Assembly (NCBI GenBank): GCA_045598825.1
Contig: JAZRUX010000018.1
Location: forward strand, 6,343 to 70,342
Length of the DNA stretch: 64,000 nt
DNA from: Mycoplasmoidaceae bacterium
GTDB lineage: Bacteria; Bacillota_I; Bacilli_A; Mycoplasmatales; Mycoplasmoidaceae
Reading direction: 5' to 3'
Under the pieces are notes generated by a model. It saw only the letters and a program-made list of their open reading frames with translations. It did no database searches and was not told the DNA's origin. The position numbers and the translations under genes were made by a program. Position 1 is the stretch's first letter; the number at the start of each line of letters is the position of its first letter. Shown piece by piece: positions 11,203 through 23,499 of this stretch.

Positions 11203-11570
11203 CCTTGCCTAACATAACCCATGTTCTGTCTTGGTCAATCATTTATCTATAAAGCAATTTGGTGCCTTATGGGCATAGTCTTGATGCTTCATCCTCTAGA
11301 TTATTCAATTCTAATCTAGAGATTCCCTTACCAAAATTTAGGTTTCTTGCCTGTGGGGTTTACCGCGTTTCATCTATGTGTTTCCACCTAGCTCGTCTCT
11401 GTGGTACTATTAAAGCTTTCTCATGGTCTTGCGACTTTAGATAGAGCTTTCCGTCATTGGGATGCTGTGACTTATTGATTAATCACACACAATCACTACA
11501 AGGTTAACACCTTGTGCAAGCATGGAGTTTCCTCTATTGTTGCCAACAGCGATTGACTGTTAGGCGATAG
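11203..11570 (-). ncRNA. rnpB: RNase P RNA
   Basis: The minus strand carries the conserved blocks AGAGGAAACTCCATGC near the 5' end, GGTAAACCCCAC internally and ACAGAACATGGGTTATG near the 3' end. P1 pairing is GCCTAACA/TGTTAGGC. About 368 nt, with no credible ORF. Confidence 0.88.
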
Positions 11571-11579
11571 GATTATACA

Positions 11580-14500
11580 CTAAAACAATCGCATTTGATC
11601 ATCTTGGTCTAAATTATCTAATACACCAAGGTCTTTTAATTTACTAATTAATGTTGTCGATAGTTTAGTTCGTTTTTGTAAATCAGCAATTGAACTAAAT
11701 GGTCGTTCTTTTCTAGCTTCAACTATAGAAATGGCTACTTCTTTGCCTAAACCATCAAGACTTGTAAATGGTGCAAGGATAGTTTTGTCTTCAGGAATAA
11801 AATCAGTGGCTTTTGATTTATTAATATCTATATTAAGTACTTTAATGCCACGGGCAAACATTTCCAAACAAACCTCAAAAATTGGAATTAAATCAATTTG
11901 TTTATTTGAAAGTTTAGTTGCAGCATTTTTATCTTTTACACGAGCTTTATAGTCTTCGTATACTCGCTTAACTTCTTGTGGTCCTTTAATAACAGTTTCA
12001 ATGTCAAAAACATCAGAACGAATTGAAAACCAAACGGCATAGAATTCAGTTGGATAATATACTTTATATCATGCTGTCCTAATTGCATCTAGAACATAGG
12101 CAGTAGCGTGAGCTTTAGGGAATAAATATTGAATCTTTTTACATGAATCAATATATCATTGTGGTACTTTTGCATCAATCATTTCTTTTTCATATTGTGC
12201 AGAGACACCTTTGCCTTTACGAATTTTTTCAACCGCTTGGAAAGCATGGACATAGTCCATTCCACAGTCAATTAAGAATTGGAAGATGTTTTCACGGCAG
12301 GCAGCAACCTGTGATAATTGAGCTCCATTGGCTATGGCAACTTCAGCATTGCCTTGTCATACACCAGTTCCATGGCTTAAACCAGAGATACGAATTAGAT
12401 CACCAATACCTGTTGGTTTAGTTTTTAAAACAATTTTTCTAGTATTATTCGTGCCAAATTCTGGCAGAGCCATTGTTGCTAATTGTTCTTGATTGTAATT
12501 CGGATCAACAATATTCAACCCTTTACTATTAGTAAACAATTGTAAAACCTTTTCATCATGGTTCGGAATTGTTCGTGGGTCAATGTGAGTAATATCATGT
12601 AAGTGTTTTAAAATGGTTGGTTCATCATGTCCAAGGATATCAAATTTTAACAAGTTATCATGGATTGATTCAAATGGGAAGTGAGTTGTGTATCATCCTT
12701 TAGTTTTATCATTAGATGGATAGTTAAAGGCTGTAAATTCAGTAATATCATGTTCTTGCGGAACAACGATAATACCTCCTGGGTGTTGCCCAGTTGTTCG
12801 TTTTACCCCAACACATTTAGTTGCCAAAGCATTAACTAATGCATTAGATGGATGTGAGTTAGGATCGATTTGCTCATAATATGATTTAACAAAACCAATA
12901 GCTGTTTTTTCAGCAACCGTACCAATTGTTCCAGCTCTAAATGCATGATCATAACCAAACATATCACGAATAAATTCGTGTGCTTTGCTTTGATATTCAC
13001 CAGAAAAGTTCAGATCAATATCAGGAACTTTATCAGCTTTGAAGCCAAGGAATGATTCAAATGGAATGTTGTGTCCATCACGAATCATTTCAGTTTGACA
13101 TTTAGGACATTTTTTTGGTGGCAAGTCAAAACCATCCACATTTTTATCTGGATATGGTTCATAATGTTGACACTTTGGACAATAATAATGTGGTGGGAGT
13201 GGGTTTACTTCGGAAATATTTGATAAGAAAGCAACTAATGATGATCCAACTGATCCTCGTGATCCAACTAAATAACCATCATTATTTGATTTTTCAATTA
13301 ATAAGTGACTAATTCAGTAAATTACGGCATAACCGTTACCACAAATACCGTTTAATTCTTTATTAATACGGTCAACAATTGCTTGATCAAGTGGATCGCC
13401 GTAAAGTTTCTTAGCAGTTTTCCAAACTAAATTTTTTAGTTTTTCTTCTGCTCCTGGCATGTCAGGTTTACATAAAGCATTATCACCTTCTTTAATTGGG
13501 ACAACCTTTTCAATGCTTTGAGCAAATGCTTGCGGATTGTTAATAACAATATCTTTAATTAATTGACGATGTTCAACAAATTTAAATGCATCTGTCATTT
13601 CTTTTGTTGTTAGGCAGTGCAAGTCAGGAACAAAGGTTGATCCATCATGACGATATAAACCATTACGTTTACCACCTAATTGTTTTGTGTAAACATAAAT
13701 TTCATGATATTGACGCTCATATGGCATTAGATAGTAAGCGTCAGAAACAGCACAAACTTTCTTTTCCAACTTTATTGCACTATCAATAATTTTCTTTATT
13801 GCATTAGTTGCATCAGCTTGAGTTATTTTCTCTTGAACGGCTAAGTGCTCAATATTTTTAGCCGGAGCAACAAAGATATAGTCATATTTTTTAATCTTTT
13901 CATTTAATAAGGATTGCGTTTCACTTATTGCACTATCTCATATGTCACCATCAAACGGATTATTACAAATAATCAAATTGTTGCGATATTGTTCAAAGTC
14001 TTCAAAATGCAATCTTGGTTGGCCATTGCTTAAGACAGTTACTTCATCGTCATCGTCTTTTTGGTATAGTTGTTTTGTTAATGACAAACTTAATAATTTA
14101 AACAAATCTTGTAAACCTTGTTGGTTTTTTACATAAACATCAACAGCATAACCACGACGACTAGCACGGAGTGCAGCCGTTTGTAGCTTTTCATTAATTT
14201 CATTAATGTTATGAATGTTTTCTTGGGATGTTAATCGTTTAATAAAATATTTTCATACTTCTAATAGATATTCACTATCCTTGTCGGCACGGTGAGCTTC
14301 TAGTGGATTGTATTCTAAATGTAGTTTACCAACCAATGTTCCTAATGTATGCTTTGCAAATTTTTTATTTAGAGCATGGGAAATTTCTAATGTATCGATT
14401 AAACAATTATTGATTGGTTCAACTTCAAATCGTTCACATAGTTTGTTTAAGAAGTTTAAATCGAAACGAATACCATTATGTGCAATTAAAACATCATTGC

Positions 14501-15992
14501 TAATTCATTCCTTTATTTTTAGTAAAGCTTCTTTTTGCGAAATAGCATTATCCACCATTTCATTAGTAATGTGGCTCATGTTAATAGCAACATTAGTTAA
14601 AGCTTTAGTTGGTTTAACAAAGAAATCAATTCGCTCAACTACCATTCCATTCTTAAAACGAATGGCTCCAAATTCAATTAAATCATCATATTGCGGGTAT
14701 AAACCAGTTGTTTCAATATCAAAGACAACATAATCGGCATCAATAATTGGTTTATCAATTGGATTAACAACAATTGGTATCTTTTTTTCGATAACTTGGA
14801 ACTCACAACCATAGATTGGTTTAATATTTGGAAACTTCTTCGAAGCAGCAAAAATATCTGGGATAGATTGAACATTTTCTTTTTCAATAATTCCAACGCT
14901 TGTGTATCCACATGCGTTAGCATGTTCAAATATTTTTTCTGCGGAATCGATTCCTTCATAAGCGGTCATATTAGAGTGAATTAAAAGTTCAGTTCGTTTA
15001 TTTTCTACCTCATCTTTAGGAACTAAATAGTCAGGTCGTTTCGCATGACACATTTTAGTAATACGCCCAACCGCTTCAAATGCTGTTTTCTCATTCGTTT
15101 CAATTTTACAATTGATATTAACTCATTGACCAGCCTTAAAGGTATTAATATAGTCAAGTGGCATTTCTTTTCTTTTATTATTTGCAGGGAAACGTGGGGT
15201 TTTATATGCAAATAATGAACATCGTAATGCCCCACCAGTGTAATCATAGATTAGATAGTTATAAATAGTCAAGGCTGGGTTTTTTCTTGAGGGTTTAATT
15301 TCAACTTTAACAATTTCACCAGCAATATTAACAAATGATTCTTTCATTTCATCATCAATATCACGCATATCAATAAAATCACCTGATACACGGAACATAC
15401 GATCATATTGCTCAACTTCACCCAACATTTGTTGGCTTTGAGCAATTAGTTTATTGATATCTTTTTGACGTGCATTTTCGTCCTCAAGAATTTTGTTTTG
15501 TTTTTCTTTATTTAATTCTGACACAATCTTTTTAATTAAAAAGTGTGCATTTTTTAAATATGCAAGAAGGTTACTTTGAATAATATTAATTTGTTCAAGT
15601 TCAGATGATGTTACATAGCGAATTACCATGACATCATCATCACCAATTCGGTAATTACCTGGTTTTAATAAATCTTGTAAAATATATGAATTAGGATAAT
15701 TCTTTTTTAATCAGTTTTGTACATATTCATCTAGTTTTGAATAATCTTCAACCACATTATCAGACTTGATAATAACTTCAAGATTTTCATTGGGTAAAGA
15801 AGACAATTTATTGTAGATTCTTGTTGGCAAAACCTTTGCAGCAATAACATAAATTGTTACTTTACTATTGCTTTCTTCTGGCATTTCAATACCAAAATCA
15901 CAAAACTCACTAATTAACTGAATTTCGTCTTCAGTTAATATTTTTGTTTGTAGAAAAAAATCTTTAATATATTCTTTAGGAACCTTGTACAT
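11580..15992 (-). CDS. polC: DNA polymerase III alpha subunit, PolC type
   Basis: Seven listed pieces (11580, 12357, 12693, 13314, 14505, 15123, 15711) share one frame. 1470 aa. Exonuclease motif [14 protein letters not shown] and polymerase core motifs, and a C-terminal HhH region. TAG stop. Confidence 0.97.
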
Positions 15993-16003
15993 AAGATAAA
16001 AAA

Positions 16004-16037
16004 ATTATATAAAAAATAAATACTTTTAGTATTTATT
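16004..16037 (-). terminator. Hairpin after dxr, followed by the polC -10 box
   Basis: On the minus strand: AATAAATACT-AAA-AGTATTTATT, then TTTTTATATAAT about 13 nt before the polC ATG. Confidence 0.5.
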
Positions 16038-17127
16038 TTCAATATTTTATTGAGGCTAAACGACAATGGGTGTCAAATTCATATATTTCATCGATAGTTT
16101 TGATTGGTTTTAGTTTAATTTTCTTTATTGCATTTTCAATATAATCTGGAATTTGGTCAAAGCGTAGCATCTTTTCTTTAAATAATTCGATAGCGACTTC
16201 ATCAGCAGCTGTCATAATTATTCCCAATGAATGAGTTTTATCATTCATTACATCATAAGCTCATTTTATTGGCTTAATATCATTCATCTTTGTTAAGATG
16301 TTTGTAGCGAAATTGGCTTGTTCTGACTTTGTTAATTGATATTGGAAGTCAGTTAAGGCTCATGCAATTGGGCTTGTCATTAATGGCTTTGAATGTGAAA
16401 AGATAAACTGGCCATTATTTAGCATAATTGCCGAGTGAATTAGAGATGTTTTGTCTAATAACACACTAATTTTATTAGTGTGAAAGTATCAATATGCTTC
16501 AATCACTTCAAAGCATTTATTCATTAAAGTGTTTGAATCAATTGTAATTTTATTGCCCATTGACCAATTTTTATGAGCAATAGCTTGTTCGTATGTAACT
16601 TTTGCTTTATCTTTTTTTGATGCCTTTAGATATTTACCACCTGAACCAGTGATAAAAATTTGATTAACATCTTGATCATTAGTTTTAAGTAGTTGATAAT
16701 ATAGGTTAGAATGTTCAGAATCAATTGGCAGAACTTTAATGTTGTATTTTTTAGCATAGCTAAAGATATATCAGCCAGCCACAACGACTGATTCCTTATT
16801 AGCTAATGCAAGATCAACTTTATTATGTAATGTTGCTAGTGTACCTTTTAAACCAGCAAAACCAACAATAGCATTAACGACTAAATCTGGTTTAACTTTC
16901 TTAATTAGTTCATCAAAACTAGCAGTATTGCCATGAATAACATTGCTTGAACAATAAAAGTATTGAATCTTATTTTGCTTTATTGTCGTTTTAGCTAACT
17001 TGATATTGTTATGGAAACTACAACCAACAATTTGGTAACCAAGCTTTTTAGCTAAAGTTACAGTTTGTTGTCCAATAGAACCAGTTATTCCTAGAATACA
17101 AAGTTTACGGCAGGTTTTACGTCTCAT
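16033..17127 (-). CDS. dxr: 1-deoxy-D-xylulose 5-phosphate reductoisomerase
   Basis: ILGITGSIGQQT (NADPH site). Hand translation of the middle part gives PIDSEHS, ITGSGG and HKNWSMGNKITIDSNTLMNK. Pieces 16039 and 16771 are in frame. The listed end (TGA 16039-16041) is read through to TAA 16033-16035. Confidence 0.88.
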
Positions 17128-18224
17128 AGGAACTTCAATCCTTCAGCTTGGCCAAAGCCAAGTAGCATAATTAGTTGAAGAATAACTGTTACCAAGAAAT
17201 AGAAAGAGAATGTAAAGATTAGAGCATCTAATCGGTCAAGCATTCCACCATGACCTGGAATTAAATTGCTAAAGTCTTTAATGTTGAAACGACGTTTAAT
17301 AAAACTAAAGAATAAATCACCAGAAATACTAACTGCCATTATTGCTAATGTTGCCCCAATATAAATAGCTCAGAAATATGGCTGATGATTAATTAATGTT
17401 GTGCCATCTTGGGCAAACATTGAACAAGTTTGACAACCAAGGAATCGATATAATGTGTGATCTAGGTTTTCAGCACCTGGAATAAACATTAGACCAAATA
17501 AGCCAAGGATAATGACTAATGTTAGGCTGCAACCACATAAGATTCCTTCTCATGTTTTCTTTGGACTAACATGTGGTGCCATTTTGTGCCGTCCAAACTT
17601 CACACCACCTAAATATGCAAACACATCTGTTAATGTACTTGTGCCCAATAAAAAGACATAAGTTGTTCATGTGTGAATGATGGTTGTGTAGATTAAACCA
17701 ATGATGAATGTGTTTAATACAAACACAAGGATTGGGAATCAAACCCTTGTTCTCTTGCCAACATAGGTGATATGTCGAGCCATAATAATTCAAACCAATG
17801 TTGAAATAATTGTAAAGACAACAATGGCAATAACACTAACTAACAGATAAAGGGTAAATGAGTTATTGACTTGTTCAGTTGGATAATCAATTAAATCTAA
17901 TTTGGCACAGATCAAATAAATTCCCATTCCAATCAAAACAGAAAACAACTGGACAACAGTATAAATAAATATAGCTTTATTTTTAGGAAAACACAAATTG
18001 GTTAGCTCTTGTGCAACAAAGAAAATGATTGGTACAATCATTAGGATGTTAAAGAACATTAAAGTGAATTGCACTTGTCATTGATCTTTAACTGGACTAA
18101 ACCAATTCGGGTTAGAAAAGAACAAGAATAATAGATATAGAATATAGAATGAACAAACAAAAACACCTGACTTTGAACGTTCAGAAAGAGTTTTTCTTTG
18201 CTCATCGATTCTTTTCTTGTTCAT
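17091..18224 (-). CDS. cdsA: Phosphatidate cytidylyltransferase
   Basis: ..PGHGGMLDRLDALIF.. signature. Pieces 17124..17339 and 17790..18074 are in frame. ATG at 18222-18224. TGA 17124-17126 is a sense codon in code 4, so the frame runs on to TAG 17091-17093. Confidence 0.85.
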
Positions 18225-18228
18225 AAAA

Positions 18229-18783
18229 CTATAAAGACATTAAGTCTTTTTCTTTATTTGCAAAAATATCTTCTAATTTTTTATTAGCTTCTTTTGTTAC
18301 CTTATTTAGTTGATCTTCAAAGTAACGAATATCGTCATCAGAAACATCTGGTGCACGTTTATACTTTGCTTGTACGTCTTGACGTACAGCACGAAGCTTC
18401 TGCATTGCTTGATTGTAATACTCTTTTGCTTTCTTAACTGCTTCACGACGTGTTTCTTCAGTTAAAGGAGCAAAGATAATACGAATACAATCAGGGTTAA
18501 CTTGCGGATTAACTTTGTATTCGCTTTCAGCAAGTGCTTTGGCAATATCACGAATTAAACTACGATCATATGGTTTAATTAGTAATTGACGCGCATCAAC
18601 TGCTGATACATTGGCAAGTTGCATTAATGGTGTTTTTTCACCATAAGCATCAACTCGTAGTTGGTTAAACATATTAGGATTAACTCTTCCAGAGTTGATT
18701 TTTTGAAATTCATTTTGTAGATAAGTAAAAACTGTTTGAGCATTTCTGTCAAATTCAGCTTTTAAAACATTTCAGTCAATCAT
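18229..18783 (-). CDS. frr: Ribosome recycling factor
   Basis: ORF 18229..18672 extends upstream through one TGA to ATG 18781-18783 (MIDWNVLKAEF..). 184 aa. AAGGAG lies upstream. Confidence 0.93.
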
Positions 18784-18792
18784 ACAAACTCC

Positions 18793-19497
18793 TTATTTGT
18801 GAATATGAGTAAATTTAGATTGTTTTTTATAAGTCTTTAAAATGTTGTCTTTTGCAAGAACATCAAAGACATAAATATCAATATTGTTTTCCATACAAAG
18901 GGTTAATGCAGATAAATCCATTACCCCAAGTTCTTGACTTATAGCGTCAAGGAAAGTTAATTGTTTATAGAATTTTGCTTTTTTATTTTTTCTTGGATCA
19001 GCAGAATATACACCATCAACACCATCTTTACCCATTAGGATGACATCAGCATGCATATCGATTGCACGAATTGCACATGCTGTATCAGTTGTGAAGAATG
19101 GATGTCCTGTTCCACCAACAAAGATAATAATTTTACCAGCAGCTAAATCATCATTGATTTTATCAATGGCAATCTTGTGAGTAATCTTGTCAACTTCTAA
19201 TGCAGAATAGATTTCAGCTTTTACGCCAAGTTTGTGTAGCGTTTCTTTAAAAGCCAATCCATTCATTACTGTTGATAACATTCCCATGTAGTCAGCGTTA
19301 GCACGTCTAAACGCACGGTCTTTTGTCATATTGCCACGTCAAATGTTACCGCCACCTAACACTAAACCAACTGATGCCGTTTTATTTAAAACTGCTAATT
19401 GTTTTGATAGGGCTAATAATTTTGCGTTATCGTAGATATCGTTTTTTAAACCCTTTATTGCACCACCAGAAATTTTTACTAAAATTCGCTTTTTCAT
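18793..19497 (-). CDS. pyrH: UMP kinase
   Basis: ORF 18793..19329 extends through a TGA to ATG 19495-19497 (MKKRILVKISGGAIKG..). 234 aa. Confidence 0.93.
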
Positions 19498-20378
19498 TAC
19501 TTAGTTCCCATTTGTTGTGCTACTTCAGCAGCAAAGTCTTGTTGTTTCTTTTCAATTCCTTCACCAACTTCATAACGAGCAAAAGCAATAATCTTTGCAC
19601 CGTTTCCCATTAGGATTTTGCCTACTGTAACTCCAGGTTCAAAATCGAATTCTTGGTTGCATAGACAAACTTCAGCAAGCCTCTTTTGTAGTCGACCTTC
19701 AACAATTTTTTTAATAAATTGTGCAGGTTGGTTGCCATTCTTAGCTGCATTTTCAAGAACTTGTTTTTCAGAACTAACCCAGTTAGCATCAACTTGGTTT
19801 GAGTTAATAAATTTAGGGTTGTTTGCAACAATATGCATTGCAATTTGCTTTTTAAGTTTTTCATCAACTTTAGTATCAAAAGCAACAATACTTGCATATT
19901 TCTTATTGTTGTGTTGGTAGAAACCTAGATCTTGACCATCTTGTTTGTCGATTCTTCCAAATCTTCTTAGAGAAATCTTTTCACCTGTTTTTCCACTTAA
20001 GCTATCAATTGCAGTTGAAACAATTTCACCATCTGAAAGTTTTAATGACTTAACAACTTCTACATCTTTGCAGTATGAGTTATTAATTGCCGCAACGATA
20101 TCGTTGCATAGTTTTGTAAATGCTTCAGATTTAGCAGTGAAATCTGTTTGTGTGTTAATTTCAAGAATATATGCACCTTTTGTATCAACACCGGCTAAAA
20201 CAACGCCTTCAGCTGCAATTGCTCCGGCTTTCTTAGCAGCCTTTGCAAGGCCTCTTTCTCTTAAGAATTTAGCTGCTTCGTCTAAGTTGTCACCACATTT
20301 AATTAGAGCAACTTTGCAATCAACAAAACCAGCTTGTGTCATATCTCTTAATTGTTTAATTAATTTAGCATCAGCCAT
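19497..20378 (-). CDS. tsf: Elongation factor Ts
   Basis: Uninterrupted 293-aa ORF with LIKQLRDMTQAGFVDCKVAL.. and other typical EF-Ts motifs. Confidence 0.95.
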   Translation of the reverse strand: MADAKLIKQLRDMTQAGFVDCKVALIKCGDNLDEAAKFLRERGLAKAAKKAGAIAAEGVVLAGVDTKGAYILEINTQTDFTAKSEAFTKLCNDIVAAINNSYCKDVEVVKSLKLSDGEIVSTAIDSLSGKTGEKISLRRFGRIDKQDGQDLGFYQHNNKKYASIVAFDTKVDEKLKKQIAMHIVANNPKFINSNQVDANWVSSEKQVLENAAKNGNQPAQFIKKIVEGRLQKRLAEVCLCNQEFDFEPGVTVGKILMGNGAKIIAFARYEVGEGIEKKQQDFAAEVAQQMGTK

Positions 20379-20434
20379 TTTTTACCTCTACATTTTATGT
20401 TTTAATATATTATATAATTAAACATATTATTTAT

Positions 20435-21979
20435 ATGAATAAGAATAAGATAATTATTTCTGGAATTATTGCCTTCTTGCTTCTACTTGGAATTGCGGGT
20501 GCAATTTTGTTATTTATCTTTGTTCATATTCTATGACCATTAATCATTGGACTAGTCGTTGTTTTGCTTTTGGAAATAGGTTTTTCCTTCCGAATCGTGG
20601 TTTCACCACGAAACCCTTATGCAAAAGCAAGTTGGATGATTACAATCTTAGTTTTACCAGTGATTGGAATGTTTATTTTTATCATCTTCGGTGTTTATCC
20701 ATTAAAAAAACGTCAACGAAAAGCATATTTAGAACAACAACACCTTGTTCTTGATAAAGAAAATTTTCATTTTAGCCAACAGGTTATGGAAGATGATAAA
20801 CTTTCATGGATTTTCAACTATGGAATTAAACATCAATATAAACCAGTTAGCAAAGATAACGATATCCGTATTATCAAAGATAATACAGAGTTATTTGAAG
20901 AATCAATTAAGTTAATTCGTTCAGCCAAAAGTTATATTAACGTTCAAAGCTACATTTTTAGTTACAATGGATTTTGATCTAAAATCTTTTTCACCGAATT
21001 AATTAAAAAAGCTAACGAAGGCGTGAAGGTTCGATTAATCTATGACTGATTAGGTGCTTATCACCGTATTAATAATAAGATCTTTAATGAATTAACTGAA
21101 TATGGCGTAGAAGTTGCTTGTTTTAACCCAAGAGGTTTAACTAAGTTTAAAGGATCAACAAACTATCGTTTACACTCTAAATTTTTAATTGTTGACAACA
21201 AAGTTGCATTGTATGGTGGTAGTAACTTTGCTGATGAATATTTATCAATGAATCGTAAAAGTTCACACTGAAAAGATTTGAATTTCATTGTTAAAGGTCC
21301 AATTGTAAATACGATGAATGTAACTTTTGTTAATTATTGAACAGTTTTTTGTAAAACAAAGGATACAAAGTCAAGTCGACAAAATTTATTAAATGATTCT
21401 GAAATAATATTTCAGCAACAAAAATTTGACGAATCAAATGTTTATTCTCAACTATTAGTTTTTGAACCAGATTTTAATGAATTTGCCCTGGAAAATGCCT
21501 TATTGCATATCATTTTCAACGCCAAGAAATCCATTAAGATTATTACCCCATATTTTATGCCACCAAATAGTGTATTGGAAGCATTAAAAACTGCTCACAA
21601 AAATGGTATAAAAATTGAATTGATTGGTCACAGCAAAAACCAACCGTATGTACAAATGTTAAACCGTGAAAATAATAAAAAATTAATAGACATAAACATT
21701 CCTGTTTATGAATATGATGGCTATTTGCATGCTAAATGTTTGATCATTGATGATGAATATGTTTTAACTGGTTCATGTAATGTTGATTGACGATCAATAT
21801 ATCTTGACTTTGAGTCAGAAATGGTTGTTTACAATAAAGAATTTACAAAGCAAATTATTGAGTTCTATAACGAAACAAAAGAAAACTCAACTTTACAAAC
21901 TAGTCAAATCATTCAAAAGAAGTTAACTCCGCTTTGAAGATTAGCCTTAAAAATTGACTTTGCTCGTACATTATTGTAA
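20435..21979 (+). CDS. cls: Cardiolipin synthase (phospholipase D family, two HKD motifs)
   Basis: ATG 20435. N-terminal TM helices. HSKFLIVDNKVALYGGSNF and LHAKCLIIDDEYVLTGSCNVD. Pieces 20564 and 21503 are in frame. TAA at 21977-21979. Confidence 0.85.
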
Positions 21980-22018
21980 ATTTTTAAATTTTTAGGTAAA
22001 TATATCATTGGGGGACCA

Positions 22019-22501
22019 ATGAATACAAATCTAGGAATGTATATCGAACAATTGGTTGATCGAACCATTGTTTATTATCAAATTAACCATTTAGGATTAT
22101 TAGAAAAACGTCAAATACCTATTAAGGTTTTAAAGCATATTAATGAAACAACTATTGTTGCAAAGCTTGTAGCAAAAGCAAAAGTAGATTATTTTGGTTA
22201 CTTAAATAACCATTACATTGAGATGGAATGCAAACAAACAAAACATGAATACTTTGATATTGCTTTAATAAAACATCATCAACTTAATTATTTAAAAGAG
22301 ATTGATAGTTGTGGTTATGCTAGCTATTTATTAATCTATTTTGAAAAATATGACAAAGTAATAGCTTTGTCTTATCAACAATTATTAAATTGTAGAAAAT
22401 TAGCAAAGAAAAATGCCCTGCCATTTTCAATTGTGGCAGAGCAAGGGAAAGAAATTGAAATTATTTATCCAGGAATTTTAAATCTTAAAGATTTATTTTA
22501 A
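22019..22501 (+). CDS. recU: Holliday junction resolvase RecU
   Basis: 160-aa ORF with ..KVDYFGYLNNHYIEMECKQTK.. and ..HQLNYLKEI.. The 3' end overlaps the convergent isomerase gene by 9 nt. Confidence 0.85.
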   Translation: MNTNLGMYIEQLVDRTIVYYQINHLGLLEKRQIPIKVLKHINETTIVAKLVAKAKVDYFGYLNNHYIEMECKQTKHEYFDIALIKHHQLNYLKEIDSCGYASYLLIYFEKYDKVIALSYQQLLNCRKLAKKNALPFSIVAEQGKEIEIIYPGILNLKDLF

Positions 22502-23455
22502 TTCATCAGGAACAATGATTCCCTTTTCCAATTTAATTTCTTTGAATCGGTTGATGTCAAAACCGAAACCATAGTTATCAATACATTTATATGTGTTTGT
22601 GATTTTTGGTGCAGTTTCTAAATAAGTATCAACTGTTTTAAGAGCTTCTTCTTTAGAAGAGAACTTAGAACCCATGATTAAAGTATTAGAACCATAAATT
22701 TCACGAGCAACTTTTGCATTATCAGGAATCATGCAAACACATGCACGGATACCCTTAAACTTGTTCAAGCTGTTTGCCATACCCATTCCAGTTCAGCAAA
22801 AACCAATAGCAAAACTTACTTCTGGGATATGCTTTGCCATTGCTAATCCAAACATTGAATAGTGTGTAGAATCTAATGAGTGTGTACCAACATCAATTAC
22901 TTCGTAACCTTTTGTAATTAAGTGTTCCTTAACCGCCTCTTTTAGTGCAAAGCCAGCATGGTCAGAACCAACAACAACTTTTTTATTGCCAGAAGCAAAA
23001 GTCAATGGTCTGTCACAAACTGTAAATGGGGCATGAACCATTTGCAATCTTGTTACATGCCTTCCTGCTTCAAATTCAGATACACAGAAGGCATTAATAA
23101 TATTATTAAGTCTTTCAGGTTGAATACGTTTTAATGGAATAATACAAACTTTTGAATTGTTATGTGCACGAATTAAATTGGCACTATATTCATCAAAAGC
23201 TGATGTAGCAACAAGACCTTTTTGTTTAGAAATAAACAAGAATGGACCATATGCATAATCATCAATTATAATGAAGCGACGGAATTTTCCATGAGTTCAA
23301 TCAGCATAAGCTTGTTTGAAAACTTCATGTCAATTTTGGTCATTGTAATAAGTAATTAAATCTTGACTTTCAGCAAGATTTCTGTTTTCTTTAATAACGG
23401 GCAAAATATTATATATTTTGTCAATATTTTCTTTTATTAATACTTTAATTTTCAT
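22493..23455 (-). CDS. Fused two-domain sugar-phosphate isomerase (LacA-like N-terminal half, LacB/RpiB-like C-terminal half)
   Basis: Pieces 22493..22786 and 22793..23239 are in frame and extend to ATG 23453-23455 (320 aa). C-terminal half: VVVGSDHAGFALK.. and ..GFCWTGMGMANSLNKFKGIRA. N-terminal half: IIIDDYAYGPFLFISKQKGLVATSAFDEYSANLIRAHNN.. and ..FEAGRHVTR. Confidence 0.75.
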
Positions 23456-23499
23456 ATATATTAATTATATAAAAAAGATAAAAAAAGACAAAAATACAC

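Noticed and set aside
11259-11444. A 61-aa plus-strand ORF between nagA and polC.
   Set aside because: It lies inside the RNase P RNA gene on the opposite strand. It starts with TTG and has no SD.
17566-17793. A 75-aa minus-strand ORF inside cdsA. Similar cases are 39389..39592 inside gene B, 49439..49669 inside pepD, and 14678..14959 and 15023..15247 inside polC.
   Set aside because: They are out of frame with the supported gene (coordinate difference is not a multiple of 3), and their Cys/His/Asn-rich translations look like junk.
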